Assembly: GCF_000143415.4 (NCBI RefSeq)
Contig: NW_003314274.1
Span: 1,378,851 to 1,442,850, forward strand
DNA length: 64,000 nt
Direction of reading: 5' to 3'
Source: Selaginella moellendorffii
Lineage: Eukaryota; Plantae; Lycopodiophyta
A model generated the notes under the pieces. The model was not told where the DNA came from. It did not search any database and saw only the letters and a program-made list of their open reading frames with translations. The position numbers and the translations under genes are program-made. Shown here one piece after another: positions 12,934 through 26,934 of the stretch (its first letter is position 1; every line of letters begins with the position of its first letter).

Positions 12934-13664
12934 GATTTCTTCTTTTGCTTTTCTTTCTAGGCGCTCTCCTCCTCCATTGCAAGGAGCTCTTGTAACACAC
13001 ACACACACACTTTTTTGACACATATATACATTCTTCTGATCAAAAGCTCTCTTTGATTCTCTTCTTCTTTTCGTACATGGAGCTGTTAAAGTTCGCTTCA
13101 GTTATTCTTTGTAAATTGATTCACTTTTTCTTTTGTTTCTAGGATATATGGTATATGGCTGCTAAATCTAATCTTACAGCTGTGGTAAGTTCCTAGATTA
13201 TTTTTTTCTGTTTGCTTATTGTTTGCAAATGCGACCTTGGCTTCACTTCGGAGTGATGGCAGACAACTTACTGATGTTGATGAAATTCTCGCTGAACAAG
13301 ATTGTGTGTGTTAGTGTGTTTCCACTCTGATATTCGCTTCCATCCACCAAGAAGACCGCTTAGAGCGCAGATTCGAGTAACTTTATAGACTGTGGCAAAA
13401 GCTCTGTAAGCTGCCAGTAGTAACGAAACCTATTACCATTACTTCTAACTCATCCTGGGATTATTCTACAGTAATGCTTCTTAGAAAATAAAAGCAAGAA
13501 AAGTAGCATGATGAGCTACTTTATAAAGTTTTCCCATTAGTAAACTAAGTGGATATCTATGCTAGGAAGGTTTGCTTCAGCAAACCAAAAGTATTTGGTA
13601 AGCATTAGCTGTCAAAACTATTGGAAGGCTTTGTTTTATCCTCTACAGCCTCCACTGACTGATT

Positions 13665-16053
<2,389 letters not shown>

Positions 16054-16314
16054 CTCTGGCCTGGTACCATTAACTACACCGTGTTGCCTGGATCAGCTTT
16101 GAGAGAGAAAGAGAGATAGAAAAAGAGAAAAGAGGGGAAGTTTGGGAAACTTAATACAAGCAAGTTATCAAAGAAGAAAGTCGAAAAGAGTGTGCCATGT
16201 ACGTAGAAACCAGCAAAGAAAAGAAGATGGATACGACACGTTCCAAAGCGTGATCTTTTGTCTTTCAAAGCTTCAGTGGAAGAGAGCTTTGCGATTCGGT
16301 TGCCCTCAATTCCA

Positions 16315-17973
16315 TTGACTCTTCTGACACTGAGCGACAAATAACTATCCTTTCAAAGACTTCTCCGTCCAGGAGATGGATTGCAGCGAGATACAACGAC
16401 TTGAAGAAATTTTTGAAAGAGGAAGAGAAAGAACACACACAATGGGGGGAGGATCCTAGAAGCAAGAAAAACATTCAACCCTTATAAACCCTCGAATTCA
16501 AGGGACTTTGTGGGGAAAGCTTTGCTTTTATTACCTGCTGGCTACGTCGCTGGCACTAAACCATCGTTTGCGGGTCCACGGCGTTCTAAACTCTGACTTG
16601 TTCGAGGACTTGCATCTGGGTGCTTCCACTGGATACGGCTACTTATGTGCATGGGAGCGTCTGGACCGTGGGATCCCGCAACGTGGGCCCGCACGGACGG
16701 CCACGATTGTGGGCCACGAGGACTTGCGACTTGGGGACGCTTTTATATTCTTCCCAAGCTTGACCGGTTTTCAACAGCAATAAAAGAAAAATTTCTCGGA
16801 GTTTTGTGTAGATTAGGATAGTTTGAAATCTTGGTGGTGTTGTCTAAGAAGGGTTGACCGGGATATATGCTCTCTAGCTCGCTTGATCGAATGACCATAC
16901 GTGCTCGTGAAGAGCCCATTGTTTATCTGTCCTAGCAGAGTCAACGATGATCAATGCGAGTGACATCATCATGGGTTCTCCCGATTAAAATACGGAAACC
17001 ACGCATTACAAGCTAAACAAGTAGAGTTTTGGGTGGTGTATACAGCTATACTTACACGCAAAAGTCTCAAGCCATGTGTATATTTTATCGCCCTGATCAC
17101 TCCCAAGTCAAAGAAAAACTCTAGTCTCAACTGGTGTCATTAAATCATCCATGGCCACTAGACTTCCACGCGAAGGTACGAATCTTTGATCGTGGAGGAC
17201 GGATCCATGGTATACGCGAGAAATGAAAATGCCCGTCCAAGGTACAGCATTTGAGGAGAAGAGTAAGAGCTTGCATTAAATCTAATGTGTGGCATTTGCC
17301 TCACAATTGCGTCATGTAGAAGTTGACCTTGTTGAAACAATGTACAAGTAACACTATACTAATCCAAACTGTTCGTTGCGACAACATCAGCACATCCCCA
17401 TATCCACATCGAGCATTGGACCATCGCACAGCACCCATTGGCAAATGCGAATTTTAAGATAGATCCAAGCGTAGGCATTGACCTCACCAAGAACAAAGCA
17501 TTTGTGCTTCCAAGAGTTCTTAGCATAAAACAGGCATATTCTCAGGTCGTTGACCGGTCAGAGACGCCGTTGACTAAATGTTATAGCTAATACTCCAACA
17601 TTAAGCCATTTCAAACAGGACTTGGACTGTTTGATGCTTTGAACATGGCAATGCTAAACATTAGCAAATTGAGCTCATAAATGATACGATCATACTCACA
17701 CGACACGACCGCGTTTGGGCGATCGGATAAAATGCTTCTCAGCATTGACACTATCAATTGTCAACTTGGGTTTAATCCCGCATGATCTCTTTTGGAAGCT
17801 TTCAATTGTCAACTAAGTAAGCTGTCATACCGACGGAGACAAGCCAAGAACTTGCGCCTTGATCCCGCGTTTGTGGCTGATTTGGATTTTGACAATATCA
17901 TCCCCAGCAAGCAGCTGTTTGAGCATGTCCGGCCGCCGGATTTGCGTGTGGTGATCATGGACTAGCAAGTCAA
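16315..17973. promoter_or_regulatory. W-box (TTGACY) cluster upstream of the WRKY gene
   Basis: TTGACC/T or its reverse complement at 16315, 16760, 16854, 16939, 17106, 17323, 17478, 17550, 17570 and 17968. Confidence 0.65.
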
Positions 17974-18220
17974 TCATTCGGATATAAACTAATCACATCG
18001 TGTTAGACTAGATCATCGATTCTACAAGTGACAATGGTTTTCTCGCCCTTTTTTTCTCTCTTATACTTTTTTAGTTTCGATGCATCTTTTCAAAGTCTCC
18101 TGGGCCTGGGAACGAAAAACAAATATTAAACTTCAAAGAAAAAACTACCAAAAGAAAGCATTGAAATGGACTTTCTTGGCTGCGCATTGCTCAAATTTGT
18201 CTGGCTCCAGCTGCTGGCTT

Positions 18221-18320
18221 NNNNNNNNNNNNNNNNNNNNNNNNNNNNNNNNNNNNNNNNNNNNNNNNNNNNNNNNNNNNNNNNNNNNNNNNNNNNNNNN
18301 NNNNNNNNNNNNNNNNNNNN
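18221..18320. other. Assembly gap (100 N)
   Basis: Run of N. Confidence 1.
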
Positions 18321-18483
18321 AAACATTAGTACATTACTTCTCCTGTGACTGGAACCTTTGTCGGGGCGAGAGGCCGAGATCCATTTAAAGCAAGTCTCTT
18401 GGCACAATTTCTTTATCATTCTTATCACGTTTGTAGCATGGAAAGAAAAATTGTACCTTGTGAGTAGAATTTTCTCCTCAGCG

Positions 18484-20848
18484 TCACCGCCCCAGCGCCA
18501 CCTCTGGACAGTTTCGGAGAGTATCACAGCCCAGCACGTCCATGTACTCGCGTTTGATCCAAAACTTGTCGTAGACATCGCCGCTGCTGCTCTTTTTGTA
18601 CTCGAACAGGAGAGTCGAGTGATCGAACGCGGTCAGCTTGCCGAAACCGTAGTCTCTGTCGCGGACTAGGCTCCATGTCGTGTTGATCGGCGTGAAGTCT
18701 GCCAAGTGAGCGCCGGCACCGCCGACTACCAGGTGAATTGTCGCGTTGAACTTCCCGGAGTAGTTCTCGGTTTCCTTCCCCACGCATTGGTTCTGTAAGA
18801 AATGATGTGACGAGGTGAGACCTTACACTGCTCGGGAGTACCTGATAGACGGTGCAAGTTCGTTCGTAATGGTGGAGGTGACCATAGAATGCGAGGTCCA
18901 CTTTGTACTTCTGCCAGAGCTTTTGGAATGTTTCTCTGGCCATGGCCTCTGCGAAGGTGCCTTGTGTGGCGTAGAACCACCCCGACGAGTAGCCAAGAAC
19001 ACGGTGTGCGATGAAGATGAGCCATGGTTGCTTTTGCCTGTCCACGCTCGACAAGCACTCCTCTATGAATTTATACTGCTCGCTGCCTTCCTGCCAGTCA
19101 TTCTCGGAGTCGGCAACACAAAAACGAAACATTCCGTAGTCAGCTGAATACCTGCAGACGCAATCCAGAGTAAAACAGAAAGTACACATGGAAAAAACAA
19201 ACACTTGCCAAAATTTGGCTCTATTTTTCGCTGGCATGTTGAACACTGTTTGAGCTGGAACACCACATTCACCACCGGAATCTGTAACGTTGTAAAACGA
19301 GCCGGAGAGAGGCCAATCCCTTTCATGGTTTCCACTGCATGGAGTTAAACGTCAGTGGAGTGGGACAAGAGCAATCAAACCAATGCCAGAAACCTGGCAA
19401 TCATGTATGGCACTCGTGAAGAAATTTTCTCAATCTGCTCCGTGAACTGATCCCACTGGGAAAGATATCCATCGGAGTAAGTGATGTCACCGATATGGAA
19501 AACCATATCGATGTTGTCAAGATCCTCGTTCAGGCGATCCGTCGTGTTCAGCGCACCAGGTTGATAGTCACTGTACTCGTTCGACAAGTCCCGTTCACCC
19601 TGCCAGTAAGGAAACTCAGTATTTTGTTTTTGGTTCACGAAAATACGCACCTTTCCCATGTCACCAAATATGACAACTCGTTGCAAGGAATCTTGTCCTG
19701 GAGCTGGAGATGACATGAAATGATTCTCAGGACCGTAAACGGTGTCCCCGCTCTTCAACTTGTGAGCAATCTTATAAAAGTACCTGAGAGAAAGCAAGAA
19801 AGAAAAGGAGAAACTTAGGGGAGAGAAACTCTAAAAAAGAAAGTGTATACGTTGTGCTAGGCCAGAGATTCTTGAGGTAGCTTGTATGGATGTAGCCAGG
19901 ATCACGCCAGCCGACTGTATTTGCTGGTGCACCTGGCCGAATACCACTAAGCAAATCGCAAACGCAAGAAAATTCCATACCGCACATATCCTTTTGAGTG
20001 AAGGTGAGGGTGGAGGCTGGAGCACGAAAAGCGTATTTCTCATCTTCTGGACCCCAAAGAACAAAAGGCTTTGCTTCAGAAATAGAATATCCACTCGTCC
20101 AAGTAACAGTCATCTGATGTCAGACCTTTAGAAAGTGATGTCACACAAACTATTGGATTACCTCATTCCAATCCTTGCCTAGAGCCAGTCTCGGGGAAAC
20201 TGGAGCTTTGGGGTTCTTGAAGGCGACAGGTTGTGAAACAGCCACGAGAACTGGCTGCATGCAAAAAAATGCAACAGTTGGATCATTAAAGAATAACAGG
20301 TTTACCTTGTCAAGGTAGCCGCTGAACAATCCGAAAGCAAAATCTTGACGCTGGTTTATGAGTCGAAACGTAAGTTCCCCCCGTCCACTCATGGCGTATT
20401 GAGAGTCCGACATGTTGGCAAACTGATACTGTCAAAGAAAAAAACACAGCGATAAACGACAGAACAAAAAACTGCTGCTCACCTTGATTGGCGCATTGCA
20501 CAACCTCGGTTCTTCACCCAGCTGATCACTCAAGCACAGTTTGGAGCTGAAATTGGACGGTGAAAATACACCAATCCAGTCAGAGCTCGAGGCTCCAATT
20601 GGCATTTGAAAGATAACTCTCACATTGTCTACGTTTACGCCCTGGAAGAACAAACATATCAAACTTTGCACAAGCAAGAAGCGAGAAAAAGGTACCTTGA
20701 GACCAAGCACTTGTGGAGAAGCGGTGATACTGGCCGAAGATTGAAGCCGAACAGCAGACCTGTGAATCGAAATCTTGGACAGAGGCTGATGTTCGTCATT
20801 TGCCGCGACCAGAGCGCCAAAGACCAATAGTACCCAAAAAGCAGCCAT
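18484..20848 (-). CDS. Purple acid phosphatase, nucleotide pyrophosphatase/phosphodiesterase type (PAP1/24/27-like), secreted, multi-exon
   Basis: Signal peptide, QPLSKISIH, LINQRQDF, MTVTWTSGY, GWRDPGYIH, and all five metal-binding blocks (GDMG, GDITY, GNHE, AHR, GHLH). Confidence 0.93.
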
Positions 20849-21006
20849 TCTTTGTCAATAGCTCGGAGCCAGTGCTCCTATAGCAAGCCCGTATCTAGAA
20901 AAGAAAAAGGAATTCAAAAGGTTACTGCCTGACTTTCTGCCTTCTCCAGACAAAGTCAAACCCAAAAAAAACAAGAAAAAAAAAAGTAAAACACGAACCT
21001 GTGCTT

Positions 21007-22899
21007 CTAGTCGACTTGGAAGCAGTTGTTCGCCAAAAGAACATACGATGCACCGCTTCTAGGCTCCAAATCCAGTGCCTTCCTCGCAGCTCCGCCTTTC
21101 AAACCTTTCTTCTCACTTGTTTGCACCGACCCAAGCAAGCAAGCCCACTCTCGTCCATCAGGAACATAAGGCATGTTTCTGACGAGATCTTCCGCATAGC
21201 CAACGTACCCCGCACGGCCAAGCAAGTTGACCATGCAACCGTACTGCTGCTTCGTGGGATCCAGCCCGTGATCCAGCTTCATGCCCCGGAAAAAATCCCT
21301 CGCCACCTCCGCATCACCTACGTGACTGCACCCAAGAACCACGCTCGTAAACGTGATCTCGTCCGGCTCCACAGCTTCCAGTAACATCGCCCCTAGAACC
21401 TCCAGCGCTTCATCAAAATGCCCGCTGCTCGCAAATCCCGAAAACATGCAGTTCCAAGACACCAGATTCTTCTCCGGCATCGTCTCGAAGACCCCCAACG
21501 CTCGCTCGAAACATCCTTTGTGAGCGTACGTAGAGAGCATGACGTTCCACGAGAAGCTATTCCACTCGGGCATCTGATAGAAGAGCTCCTCCACGCGCGA
21601 AGGATGCCCGTGGTGGGCATGCGCTATGAGAATGATGTTCCAGGCCACTGTGTCCACGTACGGCATCAAGGAGAACAAGCGCATGGCTTCGTCGACGTGG
21701 CCACCACTTCCGTACGCGTAGAGTACCTCCGTTAGAGTGATCCGGTCGTGCTGGGGCATTCCCTGGAACAAGCAATTGGCGAGCTCCAAATGCCCATTAT
21801 GGGCATATGCGCTAAGCATTGTGTTCCACGATACCTGGTCTCTCTCTGGCATGCGATCGAAGAGCTTCTTGGCGGATGATACGTCGCCGATTCTACCAAA
21901 CGACGTGATCGTAGTGGCCCAAGTGACGAGATCGCACTCCGGCATGCTCTCGAAGATCGCGATCGAGTCTTGGAATCTGGAGTGGAGCGCGTAGGCGGCG
22001 AGGAGAGCAGCGGAGGAGACGAGATCTTTCTCCGGCATTCGCTCGAAGAATCCCTGCGCGAGATCCAGGCGGTCGCTCAGCGCGTAGGCGTCGATCATGG
22101 CGGCCCGGGCGATGGAGTCGTGGAGCGGCATCGAGGAGAAGATAGCTTCCGCTTCGTCGAGGCGGTGATTTCCCTGGGAGAGGGCCGAGAGGAGCGCCGT
22201 CCAGGACGCCAGATCCCACTCCGGCATGGCGTCGAAGATCATCTTTGATTCTTGGAGATTTCCAGCGGCCGAGAACGCGGCTAGCATCGCATTCCACGCG
22301 ATGAGGTCTCTCATCGGCATGCCCTGGAAGAGAGCCATCGATTCTTGGAGCTCCCCGACCTGCGAGCACGCGCACAGCATGCTCGTCCACGAGACGAGCG
22401 TCCGCGACGGCATCCTCCGGAAGAAATCCCTGGATTCTTGAATCTCCCCGGCCTGGGAATACGCCGAGACCATCACATTCCATGTGATCTGGTCGTGCAC
22501 CGGCATCGCATCGAAAGCCTTTCTCGCTCGACCGAGACGGCCACGCTTGGCATACGCAGCGAGCATGATCGTGCTCGCGATCATATCCCAATGCGGCATG
22601 GAATCGAGCAAATCCTGCGCTTCCTGGAGATGCCCGGCATTGGCATAGGCTGCGATGATGAAATTCCAGGAGAATCGGTCCTTGGCGGCCGTGTCGGTGA
22701 AGATCTGCCGAGCCACGCCGAGATTACCACACCGCGCGTGCATCTGGATGAGGAGATTGCGCATGAGCGTGCTGGATCCATGGCGCGGGTCGGAGAGGAC
22801 GGCAGCGTGCGCGATCTTGGCGTCGGCGAGCGTCTTGGAAGACCTAATAATCTCGACGGCGTCACTGGCGTTCTCTAGAACGCTTGCTCTAGGGCTCAT
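21007..22899 (-). CDS. PLS-class PPR protein dominated by tandem 31-aa S/SS motifs, with E domain and no DYW
   Basis: 630-aa ORF of repeating MPxxDxxSWxxMLxAYxxxGxLxxAxxxF units, then FTSVVLGCSHVG, YGCMVNLLGRAG and SYVLLAN. Confidence 0.92.
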   Translation of the reverse strand: MSPRASVLENASDAVEIIRSSKTLADAKIAHAAVLSDPRHGSSTLMRNLLIQMHARCGNLGVARQIFTDTAAKDRFSWNFIIAAYANAGHLQEAQDLLDSMPHWDMIASTIMLAAYAKRGRLGRARKAFDAMPVHDQITWNVMVSAYSQAGEIQESRDFFRRMPSRTLVSWTSMLCACSQVGELQESMALFQGMPMRDLIAWNAMLAAFSAAGNLQESKMIFDAMPEWDLASWTALLSALSQGNHRLDEAEAIFSSMPLHDSIARAAMIDAYALSDRLDLAQGFFERMPEKDLVSSAALLAAYALHSRFQDSIAIFESMPECDLVTWATTITSFGRIGDVSSAKKLFDRMPERDQVSWNTMLSAYAHNGHLELANCLFQGMPQHDRITLTEVLYAYGSGGHVDEAMRLFSLMPYVDTVAWNIILIAHAHHGHPSRVEELFYQMPEWNSFSWNVMLSTYAHKGCFERALGVFETMPEKNLVSWNCMFSGFASSGHFDEALEVLGAMLLEAVEPDEITFTSVVLGCSHVGDAEVARDFFRGMKLDHGLDPTKQQYGCMVNLLGRAGYVGYAEDLVRNMPYVPDGREWACLLGSVQTSEKKGLKGGAARKALDLEPRSGASYVLLANNCFQVD

Positions 22900-22930
22900 C
22901 AGGAAGAAAGCTCTCTACTACCCTAGAGCT

Positions 22931-23925
22931 ATGGCGCATTCTTCTGCCGAGCGATTTGTGCGCGAGATCATGTCCAAGAACGACGCGTCTCACGATTCCT
23001 CGCACGTAATCCGGGTGCGCAATCTGGCGCTGGAGCTCGCGAAGGAGGAGGGATTGACGAGCGATTCTTCTTTGAGCGTTGTGAGTAGGAATTTGAGCTT
23101 CTTCTTTGTTCGATTACTATGCTCGATCGCAATGCTGTGACACAGATCGAATTGGCGGCGCTTCTTCACGATGTCGGTAAGAAATACTTCCTCCTTTCAT
23201 TGGATCGTCTCTCTTTGTTCTTCCAGACGATCACAAGTATGTCGAGAGGTACAGTATCATCTATGCGAGAATTCCAAAATTCACCGCTGCTGGTCTCTAG
23301 CTCCGAGCAAAACCGTGCCAAGGAATTCCTGGACAACGAAGGTTTTGACAACGATACGAAGCACAGGGTCCTCTCGATCATAAAATCCATGGGTTGGTTC
23401 TTCTCACTGCGAGTTTCATATACTCATAGAAGAATAGCAGGTTTTAAGGAACAACTTGCAAATGGAGCAGTGGGTCAAAGCCCGGAGCTTGCTGTCGTCC
23501 AAGACGCTGATCGACTGGATGCAATTGGAGCAATCGGTAAGAACTTTTCGCGGAAGAAAAAGAGAATGACTGATCTTCATTGTTGGCCTGTCTAGGAATT
23601 GCTCGATGCTTCACGTATGGTGGCAGCAGGAATCACATACTTCACGATGCATCCATCCTACCAGTTTTGGACGGGATGACTAAGGAGGAGTATACCAGGA
23701 AAGACCGCCGGCACACGATGATCAACCATTTCTACGAGAAACTATTGAAGCTCAAGGATCTCATGAAGACTGAGGTAGAGACTTCTCTGGCGTGAATGCC
23801 ACTCACTGACGAAGGCTTTCTCTTATTGTATCAAACAGGCTGGTCGCAACCGGGCAGAAAAGCGGCACGAGTTTATGGAGGCATACCTGGCCGAGTTTCT
23901 CCAGGAATGGGAAGGCTTTGCGTAG
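22931..23925 (+). CDS. HD-domain metal-dependent phosphohydrolase, multi-exon
   Basis: [60 protein letters not shown] and AEKRHEFM; stop at 23923-23925. Confidence 0.9.
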
Positions 23926-23942
23926 TTTCGAAACGATCTCCA

Positions 23943-26394
23943 CTATCGGCCGGCGACCATTGTTGTAGGTACGTGAAGCTCCTCGTGTGCCTGAGATAAT
24001 GCGAGTCACAGTCACAAAAATTTTGGAAATAAGAAGACTATGCAAACCTTCGACGACAAGCAAAGCTTGAGCATTCTTTTCAGTTCTTCGTTCTGCCAAC
24101 GGAGCGATTGGATCTCCCGAGCTACGACGACACTGCTCTTGATGAAACAGGGGATTAGTAGCTTGGTAGAAGTGTTTTATGACTGAGCTTACCGATCCTT
24201 GAGGACGTGATTATACTTGAGCATGGCGATGTCCAGAGCCGGCCATACGTGAACCACCTTGGGACTTATGACTTTGGCGAACTTTCTCCACTTTTCCTCC
24301 TCCTCGGTAACTTTGATTTCTTTCTCTTTGGGCCTCTCAACCGGCGTTCTCCTTCCTCCAACTTGCAGCTTTGGAACGAGAGCCTCGGCCTTGTTCTCGA
24401 TCAAAAACTCCTGCAATCTCGGAATAACAGTCTCCTTCTGTATCATCCTCCCTGCCGCGGTCGTCACGAATTTCCTGAGCTTGTCCAGAGTTATTCCACT
24501 TGATATGCCCAGTGCCTGGAGGATCGCAATGCTCCTCACGAAGCTCTGGTCGTCCATCTCAAGGCCCGCGTCTAGCTTCTGGGCTTCCTCGTCCAGGATA
24601 AACGCGAGCTCGCTACACAGCATATCCAGCATTGGTTTATCGACTGCGAGAGTTATGCTCTCGGCGAGACCAGCCTCGGGGGTACTTGGCATGTTTGCAC
24701 TGTCACTCTCAGCCTCCACCGGGCCTGGAGAAGCCAAGTCTATGAAGAGCTGAGGATCGGGAGGATGCCACTTCCACCCAAGGTGCTGCTCATGAATATA
24801 TTGGTCAGCCTGTTTGCAAAAGAAAGTGAGTTACTCCAAAAAGCTGTGATGAAACTGTGATGAATTTGAGTACCTGGAGAACTTTGCTGACGAGAACTGC
24901 CAGGCAGTGTTGATGCATCGCATAAAACTTGAGAAACTGGTACTCGTGTCCAGCCGTGAGCTCCTGTTCTTTGCTCTGCAAGTCTTGCAGCAGCTTGGTC
25001 ACTCGAGCGTAATCGTCCGCAAGCTTCGCGTTCTGCCACTTAAACTTGCGCTCCAGCTCCGCGTGCTTGGTTTTCAAGTTGGTCTGGATGTCTCTCAGTT
25101 TCGTCAGCTTGCGTTTCTGCTGGCCTGCCGTCACGTAGTTGTCGTTCTCGCGCTCAATCAGAACGCGATAGTTGTAGTCGAGCTTCTCGGTGTTCATCTG
25201 ATATGCTGCCTGCATCGACTCGAGGTGCTGCTCCAGAATCTGGACGTCCGTCTCGAGCTTCACTTTCAGAAGGTTGTAATCCTCCGAGTCCTGGAGTCGA
25301 GTTTCATCCAGCGCGGCCGAGTACTCGTCCCCCCGAGCGTACAAGCTCTCCTGAAACTGCGCTTCCATGGCTCGCATCTTTTTTATCAAGCCTTCTATCT
25401 CTGCCTTTTTGCTGCAAACGAAGGCAACGTTCTTTCACTTGGTCAGTAAAAGTCGAAAGCTCGTTTACCTTTGGATGAGCTCCCAACGCTGGACAAGAAA
25501 TGCGCTCTCGATCTCGTGAAACTCCCTGATATAAGCTGCTGTGAGATTGACAACCTGCTTTCCCATGGCAAGCACCAGCATATCGACGTCTTTGGTTTGT
25601 TGGATACACGCAAGGTTGTATTCTTCTGTCTTGAGCAATAGGACTTCTTTGATCTTCTCGGCAAGTTTATCTTTAGTTTCAAGTACTTGGTTGCAAGCCT
25701 GCACTAATCAGATAAATTCCAGAGAGGAAAAGGTTTGAAGGTGAAGATTTTACAGACCTTTCGTTGATTTTCCAGCTGCTCAGCGATTTGTTGAGGAACC
25801 TCAAGCGCAAGTATGGCATCCCACCTTGCAGCTAATACTTGATTTTGCTGCTCACACGACATTTCAACCTCTTCTTGCGCTTGGCGAAGTTCCTACGATG
25901 TTAAGCTACAGTTGAGTGGTTTTTCATCTATCTAATAAAAGAGCTAAAAAAAATCTAACCTGCAATCTTTGACGATCGCATTCCTGATGATTGCACTGCT
26001 CGTCATCCACTGATACCCGGATGTAATTTAATTCGTTCGCCAAGTTTTTCTGCAAGCTTGTGTACGCAGCTTCAAAGGTAAGAAAGATCAAAGCCAGAAG
26101 CCCCAAATATAAAACGAAGCTACCTTCAAGAATGAGAGATTTTGCAAGCTCGATGAGAGTTGCATGAGAGCCGGGCCGGCTTCTTTCTCATCCGTATGTG
26201 TCTTGGGCCCTGGGAAACTTTTGTACTCCAAAGAATGCTGAGAGATCAAGGAAATGCTCACGCTGTGTCGCTTGGCTTGACTGCAGGGCAAGCAGCCTAT
26301 TTGCAATGCGCTGCCTCCGCGCTGAGATTCTAGCCTCGCGATTCGCTTGTGCGGCCTTCTGCTCGGCCGCCAGAGCGGCTACGGAATTCATCAT
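23943..26394 (-). CDS. DRC1: Dynein regulatory complex subunit 1 (CCDC164/NYD-SP28), multi-exon
   Basis: REARISARRQRI N-terminus, KLETDVQILEQHLESMQAAYQMNTEKLDYNYRVL, and C-terminal VISPKVVHVWPALD..KYNHVLKDR..LRWQNEELKRMLK..ELHVPT. Confidence 0.88.
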
Positions 26395-26934
26395 GGGGAG
26401 AGTCATCACCAAAGCCCTAACCCTAGAAATATATTTTTTGAAAGTTGGCAATTTCCTTTATAGACATTTTAATATTAATTGAACAGCGATAATATAATAA
26501 ATAGGTTTGAATAAAACACTAGAAATAATTTATTCCTTTGTAAATTTAAATTAAGCATTCTTCTGAAAATTTATATTTATGAAGCAAACACCTTAAGTAT
26601 TAAATCATTTGCCAAAAGTACAAAAGTCGAAGGTTCAACCTACATTGTCTAAAGACAATGGACAAACATTAAAGCCGTTAGAGTTGTTGATGAGAGTGTC
26701 CTTGAGAAGCTAGAACATTTCTCATTACACACAATTGTAGCGATTGCCTCAGCTCTTTATGAATTTCTTTTTTACTTCAAGTTGATCAAAGATTGCACTA
26801 AAAAGATAATGAAAAATGAGGGTTTTTAAGAATCACAGGCGAAATCAAGAATGTCGTTGATTTATACAGTTTTATACTTGTCAAAATGCGCTCAAATTTT
26901 GTACAGTCGCTGTAAAATGTTTTCCAGGACTAAA

